DNA of 27,650 bases from Fastidiosibacter lacustris (lineage in GTDB: Bacteria > Pseudomonadota > Gammaproteobacteria > Francisellales > Francisellaceae). The stretch spans positions 1 through 27,650 of the forward strand of contig NZ_QLIR01000023.1 of NCBI RefSeq assembly GCF_003428155.1. The letters run 5' to 3'. A program made the translations under genes and the position numbers. Each line of letters begins with the position of its first letter. Position 1 is the first letter of the stretch. Under the pieces are notes generated by a model. That model did not search any database. It had not been told where the DNA came from and worked only from the letters and a program-made list of their open reading frames with translations. Below, one piece after another: positions 10,019 through 20,818 of this stretch.

Positions 10019-10570
10019 TTAATGATCACTACTTGGTTTGTTATAGCGTGATTCAGAAATACTTTGTATTTGTAAGATGATATTGCTTGCAACTTGGGAT
10101 TGTAAATTATTGTAGATTTGGTGTTGCTGAGCGTTACTGCTTAGTTGTTGAGTGGCATTAGTTGTATAGGTTTGTGACGCAGAGTTATTTTGGTTTTTAA
10201 GGATGGCTTGATTTTTATTATTCAATATATCGTAGTTTGCGCTGTAGCTTAGGACATAATCGTTAGAAGATGCACCACCAGTGATGCCAATAAGGCGGCG
10301 ACTTGAGGTGGCACTTTTTATGTCAATTGTAACATCTGCATCTGTAGATGATGTAACAACTTCTGCTCCCGTTGCATTGATGGAGGCAGTTAAAGTATTT
10401 AAAAAATTAAAATCTGTACCTGCATGTCTGATATAAACTTTCTGCATAAATTTTGGCATACCTTCATTCCAGCTACGTAGATGAAAACCGCAACCATAAA
10501 GAAAACTTGCTACTAATACTAAGAACAAAAACTGGATAAAAAAGCATTTTTTCAATAAATAATTGATCAT
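10019..10570 (-). CDS. lptE: LPS-assembly lipoprotein LptE
   Basis: Lipobox-like 'FLYGCGFHLR', small lipoprotein encoded directly downstream of leuS (conserved synteny), plus C-terminal 'NQVASNIILQIQSI'-type ending. Confidence 0.85.
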   Translation of the reverse strand: MINYLLKKCFFIQFLFLVLVASFLYGCGFHLRSWNEGMPKFMQKVYIRHAGTDFNFLNTLTASINATGAEVVTSSTDADVTIDIKSATSSRRLIGITGGASSNDYVLSYSANYDILNNKNQAILKNQNNSASQTYTTNATQQLSSNAQQHQIYNNLQSQVASNIILQIQSISESRYNKPSSDH

Positions 10571-10574
10571 CTAA

Positions 10575-13004
10575 TCACGCTCCCACTACAATATTTAGAA
10601 GTTTTCTAGGGACATAAATCATTTTTTTAATAACCTTGCCTTCTAATAGTTTGACCACAACTTCATGTGCTACGACCATATCTTTAATTTGTTGTTGGCT
10701 TAAATCGCTTGGCACATCAAGCTTGGTGCGAAGCTTACCGTTGATTTGAATCACCAGGGTAAAGCGATCACTCTTAAGTGCTTTATTATCCACCTGTGGG
10801 AAGCCCGCTGTTAGAATATCACTGCCAAATCCTAATTCTACCCATAACGCTTGTGCAATATGTGGTGTAAAAGGTGCAAGTAAGCGTAATAGAATATTAA
10901 TGCCTTCGCTAATAAGTTCAGATGGATTAGCATTTTGTAGGCTATTAAATATTTTCATACAGGCAGAGACAACCGTATTAAATTGCATTTTTTCAAAATC
11001 AACTAATGCTTGCTTAAGTGTTGTATGTATTTCTAAACGTACACTTTTATCGTTGCTATCAAGTTTATTGGTATCGACTTGTAGGTGAGGATCGATGCTA
11101 TCTTTGTTTGTATAAATATAATTCCAAATTTTCTTTAAGAAGCGGTGCGCACCATCTACACCTGAGTCTGACCATTCAAGTGACTGCTCAGGAGGAGCGG
11201 CAAACATACTAAATAGGCGAACGGTATCGACACCATATTTATTGATTAGGTGTTGTGGATCAACGGTATTTCCTTTTGATTTCGACATCTTAGCACCATC
11301 TTTTAAGACCATCCCTTGTGTTAAAAGGTTTGTAAAAGGCTCACTACTTGTTACAAGTCCTGCATCACGCATCAGTTTATGGAAGAATCGTGCATAAAGT
11401 AAGTGCATGATTGCATGTTCAATACCTCCTATGTACTGATCAACAGGTAGCCAGTAATTTGCTTCATCCTCTAACATTTGATCTGCATTTGGGCAGGTGT
11501 AACGTGCATAATACCAAGAGGATTCCATAAAAGTATCAAAGGTATCGGTTTCTCGAGTTGCTTTGCTACCACATTTGGGACAGTTTGTTTCATAAAACCT
11601 GGGCAAAAGTTTAAGCGGTGAGATTGTGCCGTTTAAAGTAACATCTTTTGGTAGTTTAACAGGTAGATTTTGTTCTTTTTCAGCGACGATACCACAGTGA
11701 TCACAGTGAATCATTGGAATAGGACAGCCCCAGTAACGTTGACGTGAAACACCCCAATCACGAATCCTAAAGTTGGTTGTCACTTCCCCTTTATTATGAG
11801 TAATAAGGTGTTCACTTATTTTGCTAAATGCTTGATCAAAGTTTAAGCCGTTGAAGTTACCTGAGTTGATTAAAATACCTTTCTCAGTGATCGCACCTTT
11901 GCCTAAATCTGTGTTACCTTCTGTCGTTTCAATCACTTGTTTTAAAGAAATATGATATTTATGAGCAAATTCCCAATCGCGATCATCATGAGCTGGAACC
12001 GACATGATTGCGCCTGTGCCATAGCTCATTAATACGAAATTTGCTATCCATACTTCAACTTTTTCGTTGGTGATCGGGTGAGTGGCATAAAATGATGTTT
12101 TAATACCGAGTTTTTCTTGGGTAGCAAGATCTGCTTCCATCGTAGAAGTTTGTTGACATTTTCTAATAAATTGAGCGATTTTGGGATCATTTTGAGCTGC
12201 TTGTGTGGCTAGGGGGTGTTCAGCTGCAATGGCTAAATAGGTCACTCCCATCAAAGTATCAGGGCGCGTAGTGAAAACCTTTAGTTTTGTGCCATTTACG
12301 TCAAAACAAACAGTAACGCCTTTTGATTTGCCAATCCAGTTGGTTTGCATTACCTTAACAGCTTCTGGCCAGCCTTGTAATCGGTCTAAGTCTTTTAATA
12401 ATTCGTCAGCATAATCGGTGATTTTAATAAACCATTGAGGAATTTCTTTTTTCTCAATAAGTGCCCCTGAGCGCCAGCCTCGACCATCAACAACTTGTTC
12501 ATTAGCAAGTACGGTTTGATCAATTGGATCCCAGTTAACAACTGAGTTTTTACGATAGGCTAAACCTTTTTCAAATAGCTTAATAAAAAACCATTGCTCC
12601 CAGCGATAATAGCTGTCGTCACAAGTAGCAATTTCACGATCCCAATCATAACCAAAACCAAGTGATTGTAGTTGTTTTTTCATATGGTCAATATTGCTAT
12701 AAGTCCAATCAGCAGGGACCTTTTGGTGTTTAATGGCAGCATTTTCGGCTGGAAGCCCAAACGCATCCCATCCCATTGGTTGTAATACATTTTTGCCAAG
12801 CATTTTTTGATAACGACTAATCACATCTCCTAAGGTGTAATTACGTACATGCCCCATATGTAGTGTTCCACTTGGATAAGGTAGCATTGAAAGGCTATAA
12901 AACTTCTCTTTTGAATTATCTTTTATTGCTTTAAAAGACTGGTTGTCATGCCAGAATTTCTGTACGGCTTTTTCTAAGTTTGTAAAATCATAAGTTGCTT
13001 GCAT
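10575..13004 (-). CDS. leuS: Leucyl-tRNA synthetase
   Basis: '[53 protein letters not shown]' HIGH region and '[15 protein letters not shown]' KMSKS motif. The track start is TTG at 13016. ATG at 13004 (MQATYDF) aligns better with known LeuS N-termini. Confidence 0.97.
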   Translation of the reverse strand: MQATYDFTNLEKAVQKFWHDNQSFKAIKDNSKEKFYSLSMLPYPSGTLHMGHVRNYTLGDVISRYQKMLGKNVLQPMGWDAFGLPAENAAIKHQKVPADWTYSNIDHMKKQLQSLGFGYDWDREIATCDDSYYRWEQWFFIKLFEKGLAYRKNSVVNWDPIDQTVLANEQVVDGRGWRSGALIEKKEIPQWFIKITDYADELLKDLDRLQGWPEAVKVMQTNWIGKSKGVTVCFDVNGTKLKVFTTRPDTLMGVTYLAIAAEHPLATQAAQNDPKIAQFIRKCQQTSTMEADLATQEKLGIKTSFYATHPITNEKVEVWIANFVLMSYGTGAIMSVPAHDDRDWEFAHKYHISLKQVIETTEGNTDLGKGAITEKGILINSGNFNGLNFDQAFSKISEHLITHNKGEVTTNFRIRDWGVSRQRYWGCPIPMIHCDHCGIVAEKEQNLPVKLPKDVTLNGTISPLKLLPRFYETNCPKCGSKATRETDTFDTFMESSWYYARYTCPNADQMLEDEANYWLPVDQYIGGIEHAIMHLLYARFFHKLMRDAGLVTSSEPFTNLLTQGMVLKDGAKMSKSKGNTVDPQHLINKYGVDTVRLFSMFAAPPEQSLEWSDSGVDGAHRFLKKIWNYIYTNKDSIDPHLQVDTNKLDSNDKSVRLEIHTTLKQALVDFEKMQFNTVVSACMKIFNSLQNANPSELISEGINILLRLLAPFTPHIAQALWVELGFGSDILTAGFPQVDNKALKSDRFTLVIQINGKLRTKLDVPSDLSQQQIKDMVVAHEVVVKLLEGKVIKKMIYVPRKLLNIVVGA

Positions 13005-13207
13005 GAGGTTATCCAATATGATGCTTGGTTTTTATTAAACTTACAAATACTTAAGGCGTAATGGTAGCGAAATTTTAGGATTGAAACCAGGGCGTAAATC
13101 GATTTTCTTTAAGTTTTAAAGAAGTAGGAGATGCTAATTTCATTTACGATTTTTTTATCTTTTATGCTACCATGAGCCATCTTTGTCCCAGATGGGTAGG
13201 ATTTCTT

Positions 13208-13471
13208 ATGGCAATTGATATACAACAAGATTTAGATCAAGAGGTGCTTGCGCGCGTGCGTTGGGCAGCAAGGCGCGGCATGTTAGAGCTTGATTTGATG
13301 TTATCTTCTTATATTGAGAGTGAATATTTAAAGGCTTCTAATGAAGAAAAACAAGCGTTCCACACTCTGTTAGAGTGTGAAGATCAAGACTTATTTAATT
13401 GGTTTATCAAGTCTAAACCAGTGGATAAAAAACACCAAAAAATGGTAGCAAAAATTTTAACGATTAAACAG
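13208..13471 (+). other. SdhE/YgfY/SDHAF2-like flavinylation-factor domain fused to the PutA N-terminus
   Basis: Translated 'VRWAARRGMLELDLMLSSYIESEYLKASNEEKQAFHTLLECEDQDLFNWFI' follows the SdhE pattern, e.g. recalled E. coli '[50 protein letters not shown]'. The RGxxE motif (RGMLE) is at 13274..13288. Confidence 0.9.
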
Positions 13472-16400
13472 CAAGGTACTCAAAGACAAGCACAAGATGC
13501 TACAGTTGAAAGCTGTGATGATTTGCAAGGTGAGGTAAGCATGATTTTAGATCGCATAGATAAATTTGATCAATCCCCTTTAATGCAAGAGGTTTCTAAG
13601 TATTGGTTATGTAACGAGAAGACAATCGTTGAAAAGCTTGCTAAAGAAGCTGCGCTTACAGAAAACGAACGCTTGAAAATACAGGATATTGCCAGTGGTT
13701 TGGTTGCAAGCGTACGTGAAACTCGGTTAAGTAAAAGTGGGCTAGATGCCTTTATGACCAAATATGATTTATCAAGTGATGAGGGTATCGTCCTCATGTG
13801 TTTGGCTGAAGCATTATTGCGTGTGCCTGATAAATATACAGCAGACAAGCTAATTAAAGACAAACTCACAAGTGCGAATTGGCAGGAACATGTTGGTGAC
13901 AGTGAGTATTTGTTTGTTAATGCAGCAACGTGGTGTTTGATGTTGACTGGTAAAATTTTAAAACCAGAGCTATATCAAAATAAGTTTAAAACCGTGCTCA
14001 AGAACTTCTTAGATAAGCGTTCGCGCCCTGTGGTGCGTCGCGCGGTTATGCACGCGATGAAAATCTTAGGTCAGCAGTATGTAATGGGTGAAACGATTGA
14101 AAAAGCCTTAAAGCGTGCTAAAGAGAAAGAAGAAATCGGCTTTACTTATTCATATGATATGTTAGGTGAGGCAGCAACGACGATGGCAGATGCTGAATTC
14201 TACTACAACGAATACCATAAAGCGATTGAGGCAATTGGTAAAGCTGCGCATAAATATAGTGTACGTACTAATCCAGGCATTTCTGTGAAGTTATCAGCAC
14301 TTCACCCACGTTATAAAGTTGCACAAGTAGATCGTGTACACCTTGAGATGTATCCAAAGCTCTTAAAACTTGTTGAATTAGCACAAAGCTATAATATCGG
14401 TTTAAATATCGATGCCGAAGAAACAGAGCGTTTAGAGCTTTCTCTTGAACTTGTTAAGCGACTTGCGTATGAGAGAAAATTACAAGGCTTTGAAGGTATT
14501 GGTATCGTGGTGCAAGCATATCAAAAACGTGCAAGTTTTGTACTCGATTATTTAATTGATTTGGCAGAGCAAACAGGTCATAGATTCATGATTCGTTTGG
14601 TTAAAGGTGCATATTGGGATTCAGAGATTAAACGTGCTCAAGTGGAGGGCTTAGAAGATTACCCAGTATTTACTCATAAGTGTTATACTGATCTTTCCTA
14701 CCAAGCATGTGTTAAAAAAATATTTAACCATACGAAGCATATTTATCCACAATTTGCCACGCATAATGCGTATACAACAGCATTGGTGATGCACTTAGCG
14801 GGAGAATACAAAGACTATGAGTTTCAATGTCTTCATGGTATGGGTGATGCACTTTACGATCATGTGGTTGGTAAGAGCAATTTTAATATACCTTGTCGAA
14901 TTTACGCTCCTGTTGGTACATATAAGCACTTATTACCTTATTTAGTAAGGCGATTATTGGAAAATGGTGCCAACTCGTCATTTGTGCATCGTATCGTTGA
15001 TGAAAAAACACCGATTGAAAGCTTAGTAGAAGACCCAGTGCAAAAAGCTGAGTGTTTAGGCTTTTTACCTCATTTGCAAATTGCATTACCGGTTAATATG
15101 TTTGGAGAAGAAAGAATGAATTCTAAAAGTTATAACTTAAATGATACCAGAACCCTTGAGAAACTTGCTTTACAGATGAGTCAGTTTGATCATAATGATT
15201 ATATTGCTAGACCCTTAGTTGTCGGTGTTGACACTTCTAAACTGGTGGCAGAAAACATTATTAATCCTGCTAATAATCAAGTATTTGGTAAAGTATATAA
15301 TGCTAATAAAGCTATTGCTCAAATAGCAATGAAAGTGGCACATACTGCATTTGATAGCTGGAGTTTAGTTAATGCAAATAAGCGCGCTCAAGCACTAGAG
15401 AAATGCGCAAATTTATTGGAAGAAAATATGCCAAAATTTATGGCAATTGCTGTGCGTGAAGCAGGTAAAACACTTGCAAGTGCTTTAGCAGAAGTGCGTG
15501 AAGCCGTTGATTTTTGTCGTTACTATGCCGCACAAGCCAAAGCTGAATTTGCAAATCCTAAGACACTTCCAGGACCTACTGGTGAGTTAAATCAAATTAG
15601 CTTGCATGGTAGAGGAGCTGTTGTTTGTATTAGTCCTTGGAATTTCCCGTTAGCGATTTTCTTAGGTGAGGTAACAGCTGCTCTTGCCGCAGGAAATACC
15701 GTTGTGGCTAAACCTGCTGAACAAACGCCAATTATTGCTTATGAAGCAATAAAATTATTACATGAAGCGGGTATTCCTAAAGATGTTGTGCAACTTGTGC
15801 CTGGCACAGGAGAAGAAGTGGGTGCAGCCTTAACCCAAGATCTACACGTTGCAGGAGTAGTTTTCACTGGTTCTACCGACGTTGCAAGACTTATTCAACG
15901 AACACTTTCTGCCAAAGAAGGTGCGATTGTACCATTTATTGCAGAAACAGGTGGTCAAAATGTGATGGTGGTGGACTCGTCGTCCTTACCAGAGCAAGTG
16001 GTACAAGACGTTATTTCATCAGCTTTTGATAGTGCAGGTCAACGTTGTTCTGCGTTAAGAGTGTTGTATTTGCAACAAGAGATTGCTGATACGGTTGTTA
16101 CCATGTTAAAAGGTGCGATGAATGAACTTAAGGTCCATGATCCTGCATTTATTGAAACTGATATAGGACCTGTAATTGACCAAGAAGCACAAGCAAATCT
16201 TAAAGCACATATCGATCATATGCGTAAATCTGCCAAGCTTGTTCATGAGATTGCAAGTGATAAGACCTTAGAAAAAGGTAACTATATTTATCCTGTGGTG
16301 TTTGAAATCGATAGTATCAAAGCACTTAAGCGAGAAGTATTTGGTCCTGTATTACATATCATACGCTTTAAGGCTGATGAGATGGACAAAGTTGCCAAAG

Positions 16401-16684
16401 ACGTTAATTCAACAGGTTATGGTTTAACTTTTGGTATCCATAGTCGGATTCAAGAAACCATAGATTTTTTTATAAAGCACATTCGTGTCGGCAATATGTA
16501 CATTAACCGTAATATCGTTGGTGCAGTTGTTGGCGTACAGCCATTTGGTGGACAAGGTTTATCTGGAACAGGTCCTAAAGCAGGTGGACCACTTTATTTA
16601 CATCGCCTAGCAGTTGAGCGCTCAATTAGTATCAATACAACAGCATCAGGTGGTAATGCGTCATTGATGAGTTTGGAGCAGTAA
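13208..16684 (+). CDS. putA: Bifunctional proline dehydrogenase / L-glutamate-gamma-semialdehyde dehydrogenase with N-terminal SdhE-like domain
   Basis: The PutA part has 'GIVLMCLAEALLRVPDK', 'RLVKGAYWDSEIKRAQVEGLEDYPVFTHK', 'YPQFATHNAYT', 'CISPWNFPLAIFLGEVTAALAAGN', 'AETGGQNVMVVDSSSLPEQVV' and 'SAFDSAGQRCSALRVL' (ALDH Cys codon at 16046). The track start is 13172. ATG at 13208 (MAIDIQQ) is the more likely start. Confidence 0.97.
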   Translation: MAIDIQQDLDQEVLARVRWAARRGMLELDLMLSSYIESEYLKASNEEKQAFHTLLECEDQDLFNWFIKSKPVDKKHQKMVAKILTIKQQGTQRQAQDATVESCDDLQGEVSMILDRIDKFDQSPLMQEVSKYWLCNEKTIVEKLAKEAALTENERLKIQDIASGLVASVRETRLSKSGLDAFMTKYDLSSDEGIVLMCLAEALLRVPDKYTADKLIKDKLTSANWQEHVGDSEYLFVNAATWCLMLTGKILKPELYQNKFKTVLKNFLDKRSRPVVRRAVMHAMKILGQQYVMGETIEKALKRAKEKEEIGFTYSYDMLGEAATTMADAEFYYNEYHKAIEAIGKAAHKYSVRTNPGISVKLSALHPRYKVAQVDRVHLEMYPKLLKLVELAQSYNIGLNIDAEETERLELSLELVKRLAYERKLQGFEGIGIVVQAYQKRASFVLDYLIDLAEQTGHRFMIRLVKGAYWDSEIKRAQVEGLEDYPVFTHKCYTDLSYQACVKKIFNHTKHIYPQFATHNAYTTALVMHLAGEYKDYEFQCLHGMGDALYDHVVGKSNFNIPCRIYAPVGTYKHLLPYLVRRLLENGANSSFVHRIVDEKTPIESLVEDPVQKAECLGFLPHLQIALPVNMFGEERMNSKSYNLNDTRTLEKLALQMSQFDHNDYIARPLVVGVDTSKLVAENIINPANNQVFGKVYNANKAIAQIAMKVAHTAFDSWSLVNANKRAQALEKCANLLEENMPKFMAIAVREAGKTLASALAEVREAVDFCRYYAAQAKAEFANPKTLPGPTGELNQISLHGRGAVVCISPWNFPLAIFLGEVTAALAAGNTVVAKPAEQTPIIAYEAIKLLHEAGIPKDVVQLVPGTGEEVGAALTQDLHVAGVVFTGSTDVARLIQRTLSAKEGAIVPFIAETGGQNVMVVDSSSLPEQVVQDVISSAFDSAGQRCSALRVLYLQQEIADTVVTMLKGAMNELKVHDPAFIETDIGPVIDQEAQANLKAHIDHMRKSAKLVHEIASDKTLEKGNYIYPVVFEIDSIKALKREVFGPVLHIIRFKADEMDKVAKDVNSTGYGLTFGIHSRIQETIDFFIKHIRVGNMYINRNIVGAVVGVQPFGGQGLSGTGPKAGGPLYLHRLAVERSISINTTASGGNASLMSLEQ

Positions 16685-16722
16685 CACAATCTATCTGGTC
16701 TATCAACAATAATCCTATCAAC

Positions 16723-17835
16723 TTAGGTTTTTTCTATTGCTTGCTGGATTATAGTTAATTGTGTTTTTTCAACTACTTTTGCAATAGTTTTTTTGTTTTT
16801 TAAGTCTTTAATTTCAGCGATATAATTATACTCTTTGAGTGCGCGTACGATATTCTGGCTAAGCGTGATGGATGCTAAAGCTTGAGGGTGTTCATGATAA
16901 ATATATTGAAATGTATATATGAGTAGATCAAAGCTTTGTGTATTGCGTAAAGCGTTAGCTGCTTTTAAAGTTCTTAATATTTCTTGTTCTGAAAAAGCAT
17001 AAATATTGCTAAAAAAATGATGATACCGATATGTTTCTAAGCATAATATTTGTGTAACTTTGGGAGTTCTTAGTTGTGATAAAACTTTGCTTATTAGTAC
17101 TTCATTTGCAAGTGGAAATAATAGTAAGGCAAACAAAATATCAGTTTGTTGACAGTTTTGTGTCTTAGCGTGGATGATATGAGATAGATCTTTATATGAA
17201 AGTTTTGCAAGAGGGGAAACAATGTGTTTAAAGACACCAGTATTTTGCAGAGTTTGAATGAAGATTTCTGGGTTTGGTGTTGAAAAAGCCTTAATAAATT
17301 CCTGATAAATGCGTTCAGATGATAGTCTTTCTAATTCATTATTGGCAACAATTGTACGCATAAGTGTTTGTGTTGCAGGTGCAATCGTAAAACCTAAGTA
17401 GTGAAATTTGGCAGCAAAACGTGCAACGCGCAACACCCGTAAGGGATCTTCACAAAACGCATTACTGACATGGCGAAGTGTTCTACTTTCTATATCTTTT
17501 TTGCCCCTAAATGGATCGTGTAACAACCCATCTTCATCGATTGCCATTGCATTAATTGTTAAATCTCGACGCTTTAGATCATCGACTAAACGAACATCTT
17601 CTGTGTTGAAAGTAAATCCTTGATAGCCTTTATCTACTTTTATTTCGGTGCGGGCAAGTGCATATTCTTCATAAGTTTCAGGGTGTAAAAAAACAGGGAA
17701 TCGTTTGCCAACTTGAATAAATCCTTTATCTAACATTTCTTGGCTTGAACCATCGACAACAAGCCAGTCACGATCTTCTACTTTGAGGCCTAAGAGCTTA
17801 TCGCGTACTGCCCCACCTACTAAATACGTTTTCAT
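16723..17835 (-). CDS. cca: CCA-adding enzyme (tRNA nucleotidyltransferase)
   Basis: '[24 protein letters not shown]', 'LARTEIK', '[14 protein letters not shown]', '[38 protein letters not shown]'. Confidence 0.95.
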   Translation of the reverse strand: MKTYLVGGAVRDKLLGLKVEDRDWLVVDGSSQEMLDKGFIQVGKRFPVFLHPETYEEYALARTEIKVDKGYQGFTFNTEDVRLVDDLKRRDLTINAMAIDEDGLLHDPFRGKKDIESRTLRHVSNAFCEDPLRVLRVARFAAKFHYLGFTIAPATQTLMRTIVANNELERLSSERIYQEFIKAFSTPNPEIFIQTLQNTGVFKHIVSPLAKLSYKDLSHIIHAKTQNCQQTDILFALLLFPLANEVLISKVLSQLRTPKVTQILCLETYRYHHFFSNIYAFSEQEILRTLKAANALRNTQSFDLLIYTFQYIYHEHPQALASITLSQNIVRALKEYNYIAEIKDLKNKKTIAKVVEKTQLTIIQQAIEKT

Positions 17836-17936
17836 GTTATTTTATTTCTATTTATCCAAATTGGCTTATTGCTTTATGTTATCAATAAATTTCGGTAAAC
17901 TCTGTCTAATTTGTGTTTTGGATCTCAAAAATTAAT

Positions 17937-19697
17937 ATGCAACTTTCTGAAAATGTGCACAAGAAAACCTATAGTTTATATCGAAGGTTGTTATGGGAAG
18001 TGCATTCATTGTGGCCTTTACTCATTATTTCTGTGATTGGTAGTATTGTATATTCTGGCTGTGATGCTTATGCAATGTATTTGATTAAACCGTTGTTAAA
18101 TGAAGGTTTTACACCAACTGGGGGCGAGTTTTTGAAAACCATTGCTTTGGTATTTTTATTATTGTTTACCTTGCGTGGAGTTGGTTCATTTCTATCTTCA
18201 TTTTTCATGGGGAAACTAGGAGCAAGCGTTGTCTATCGTTTCCGTAAAAAGCTTTTTCGACGTTTTTTGGATTTGCCAGCGCATTATTATGATAGAACTT
18301 CTTCAGGAAAGCTATTATCTAAAATGCTTTATAACGTAGATCAAGTGACTAGTGCAACAGGTTCAGCGATTATTACCGTAGTTCAAGATGGAACGTTTGT
18401 AATTGGATTAGTTATTGTGATGGTGGTAACAAGCTGGCAATTATCGATTACAGTGATTGTGGTTGCGCCATTTTTAACTGTTTTTATTACTTGGATTAGT
18501 AAAAAATTCCGCCATTATAGTCGCAATACACAATTGGCGATGGGCTCGGTAACACACGTTGCAGAAGAATCATTGATCAACTATAAAGAAATCCGTATTT
18601 TTGGTGGTCAGCAATACCAGCTGCAAAAGTTTGATCACAATTTAAGTTATACTTATCGCCAACAAATTAAAACTTTAATGTTAGATGGGTTGTCCTCACC
18701 GATTATTCAATTTATCGGTGCGATTGTTATTGCGATTATCTTATTTATCGTTGCCACTTATGGTTTAAAAGAAGGTGGTTGGTTAGATGCTGGTGGATTT
18801 GTATCATTTTTTGCATCGATGATGGCTATTTTAAAACCGATTAAAAACCTTACTAACGTTAACTCGACAATTCAAAAAGCCATTGCCGCAACAGAGGATA
18901 TTTTTGAGATTTTAGATCATACTCCTGAAGCAGATAGAGGGACTAATAAGCTTGAAAATGTGAAGGGTGAAGTTGAATTTAAAGCGGTAAGTTTTCAATA
19001 CCCTGAAGGAAAACAAATGGTACTAAAAAACGTTAACCTTATCGCTGAAAAAGGTCAGACGGTTGCTTTAGTTGGGCGTTCAGGAGGTGGCAAGACGACC
19101 ATGGTTAATCTGTTAGCACGTTTTTATGAGCCAACTAAAGGTCAAATTTTATTAGATGATGTGGATATGCAGTCACTAACTTTATGTAATTTAAGAAGTC
19201 ATATTTCATTAGTTTCACAACATGTTAATTTATTTGATGATACGATATTTCATAATATTGCATATGGTCGAGAAGGTGAAGTCAGTGAAGAGGAAGTTAT
19301 AGCAGCAGCTAAAGCTGCAAATGCTTGGGATTTTATTAAAAAATTACCAAAAGGTCTCTATACAGAGGTTGGGCAAAATGGCTTAAGTTTATCAGGTGGA
19401 CAGCGCCAACGAGTCGCAATTGCAAGAGCAATATTAAAAGATGCACCTGTATTGATCTTAGATGAGGCAACCAGTGCGCTAGATAATGAATCTGAGCGTA
19501 TTGTTCAGCAAGCCCTAGAGCATTTAATGAAAAATCGTACCACTTTTGTTGTAGCACATAGGCTTTCTACTGTTGAACATGCTGATAAGATCGTTGTTAT
19601 GGATGGTGGTGAAATCGTCGAAATTGGCAAGCATAGTGAACTACTACAAAGTGAAAATGGCTTATATCGTCAGTTATACCAGCAATCGCTAAGCTAA
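17937..19697 (+). CDS. msbA: Lipid A export ATP-binding/permease MsbA
   Basis: ABC exporter fold with 'ALVGRSGGGKTTMVNLLARFYEPT' Walker A, 'LSGGQRQRVAIARAILKDAPVLILDEATSALD' signature/Walker B, and adjacency to lpxK. The track start is GTG at 17913. ATG at 17937 is also available. Confidence 0.94.
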   Translation: MQLSENVHKKTYSLYRRLLWEVHSLWPLLIISVIGSIVYSGCDAYAMYLIKPLLNEGFTPTGGEFLKTIALVFLLLFTLRGVGSFLSSFFMGKLGASVVYRFRKKLFRRFLDLPAHYYDRTSSGKLLSKMLYNVDQVTSATGSAIITVVQDGTFVIGLVIVMVVTSWQLSITVIVVAPFLTVFITWISKKFRHYSRNTQLAMGSVTHVAEESLINYKEIRIFGGQQYQLQKFDHNLSYTYRQQIKTLMLDGLSSPIIQFIGAIVIAIILFIVATYGLKEGGWLDAGGFVSFFASMMAILKPIKNLTNVNSTIQKAIAATEDIFEILDHTPEADRGTNKLENVKGEVEFKAVSFQYPEGKQMVLKNVNLIAEKGQTVALVGRSGGGKTTMVNLLARFYEPTKGQILLDDVDMQSLTLCNLRSHISLVSQHVNLFDDTIFHNIAYGREGEVSEEEVIAAAKAANAWDFIKKLPKGLYTEVGQNGLSLSGGQRQRVAIARAILKDAPVLILDEATSALDNESERIVQQALEHLMKNRTTFVVAHRLSTVEHADKIVVMDGGEIVEIGKHSELLQSENGLYRQLYQQSLS

Positions 19698-19722
19698 ATG
19701 ATCAAGTGATCGAGGTTAATAA

Positions 19723-20769
19723 ATGGATATTCAGGCGCATTGGTACCAAGCAAAAAAAACATTATTGTGCCAGCTGTTAAGACCTTTTTCTTGGTTATTT
19801 CAGCTTGTTAGCATTTTGCGTAAACATAAGATCCAAAGCCTAGCTTATCATAGTAAATTACCAGTGATTGTTGTCGGTAATATTACCGTAGGTGGTACGG
19901 GTAAAACCCCAGTGGTGCAAGCAATTTGTTCTTTTTTGCAGCAACAAGGGATGAATCCCGCTATTGTTACACGTGGTTATGGTGGACATGCAGCTCAATA
20001 TCCACTTTTGATTGACGATACAACACAAGCCAAATCATGTGGCGATGAACCATATATGCTTAAGCGCTTGTTGCCAGATGTGCCAATTGTGGTTGACCCT
20101 AAACGTGTTGAAGCGCTTAAGTTTATTGAAAGCAATTTGGCTCAGGTTGATGTCATTATTAGTGATGATGGTTTACAGCATTATTATTTTGCAAGAGATA
20201 TTGAAATCATCGTTGTTGATGGTAAGCGAACGTTTGGTAATGGCTTATGCTTGCCAGCAGGACCTTTGCGTGAACCAATTAAGCGCTTAGAAACAGCTGA
20301 TATAATTATTTTTAATGGTGGTGTAAGTCACACACTGAAACTAACTCATAAAAAGTTGTATCAGATGCAACTTAAACCTATTTACCTTGTTAATTTGCTC
20401 ACAGCTGAGAAAAAATCTATTTCTCAATTTAAAATAGAGTTTGGTAACAGCTGCCATGCGGTTGCAGGGATTGGCAATCCACAGAGATTTTTTAAGACGA
20501 TACAACAGCTTGGATTGACTGTTGATAGCCATATATTTCCTGATCACTATAGCTATACAAAAAAAGATTTTTTATTTTTACAAAATGAATCTTCAATTGT
20601 TATCATGACCTACAAAGATGCGGTCAAATGTCAGTTATTTGCACATAAGAGTTGGTGGTATCTGGAGATTTTCCCCATGATTGAAGATGAATTTTTTGAA
20701 CAGTTACAATACAAATTATCTCTGCTAGAGAGGGGAAAGGAGGGAGGGAATCACCCTAGCAGAGAATAA
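19723..20769 (+). CDS. lpxK: Tetraacyldisaccharide 4'-kinase
   Basis: 'VIVVGNITVGGTGKTPVVQAICSFLQQQGMNPAIVTRGYGG', 'DVIISDDGLQHY.FARDIEIIVVDGKRTFGNGLCLPAGPLREP', and location directly after msbA. Confidence 0.95.
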   Translation: MDIQAHWYQAKKTLLCQLLRPFSWLFQLVSILRKHKIQSLAYHSKLPVIVVGNITVGGTGKTPVVQAICSFLQQQGMNPAIVTRGYGGHAAQYPLLIDDTTQAKSCGDEPYMLKRLLPDVPIVVDPKRVEALKFIESNLAQVDVIISDDGLQHYYFARDIEIIVVDGKRTFGNGLCLPAGPLREPIKRLETADIIIFNGGVSHTLKLTHKKLYQMQLKPIYLVNLLTAEKKSISQFKIEFGNSCHAVAGIGNPQRFFKTIQQLGLTVDSHIFPDHYSYTKKDFLFLQNESSIVIMTYKDAVKCQLFAHKSWWYLEIFPMIEDEFFEQLQYKLSLLERGKEGGNHPSRE

Positions 20770-20780
20770 TGTTAATCACC

Positions 20781-20796
20781 CCTTGATTACTCAAGG
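20781..20796 (+). terminator. Possible hairpin after lpxK
   Basis: Perfect 6-bp inverted repeat CCTTGA-TTAC-TCAAGG 11 nt past the lpxK stop. The following 'attt' is only a weak U-tract. Confidence 0.35.
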
Positions 20797-20818
20797 ATTT
20801 ATGCAATGTCCAAACTAT

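Noticed and set aside
13208-13471. Possibility that the PutA N-terminus is the usual ribbon-helix-helix DNA-binding domain
   Set aside because: The residues match the SdhE pattern (RRGMLELD...LLECEDQDLFNW) rather than a short RHH motif.
13570-15086. Minus-strand ORFs 13570..13869 and 14883..15086 within putA
   Set aside because: They are antisense to highly conserved PutA sequence and lack motifs.
20012-20290. 92-aa ORF within lpxK on the same strand
   Set aside because: It is an alternative frame of conserved lpxK with no recognisable motifs.
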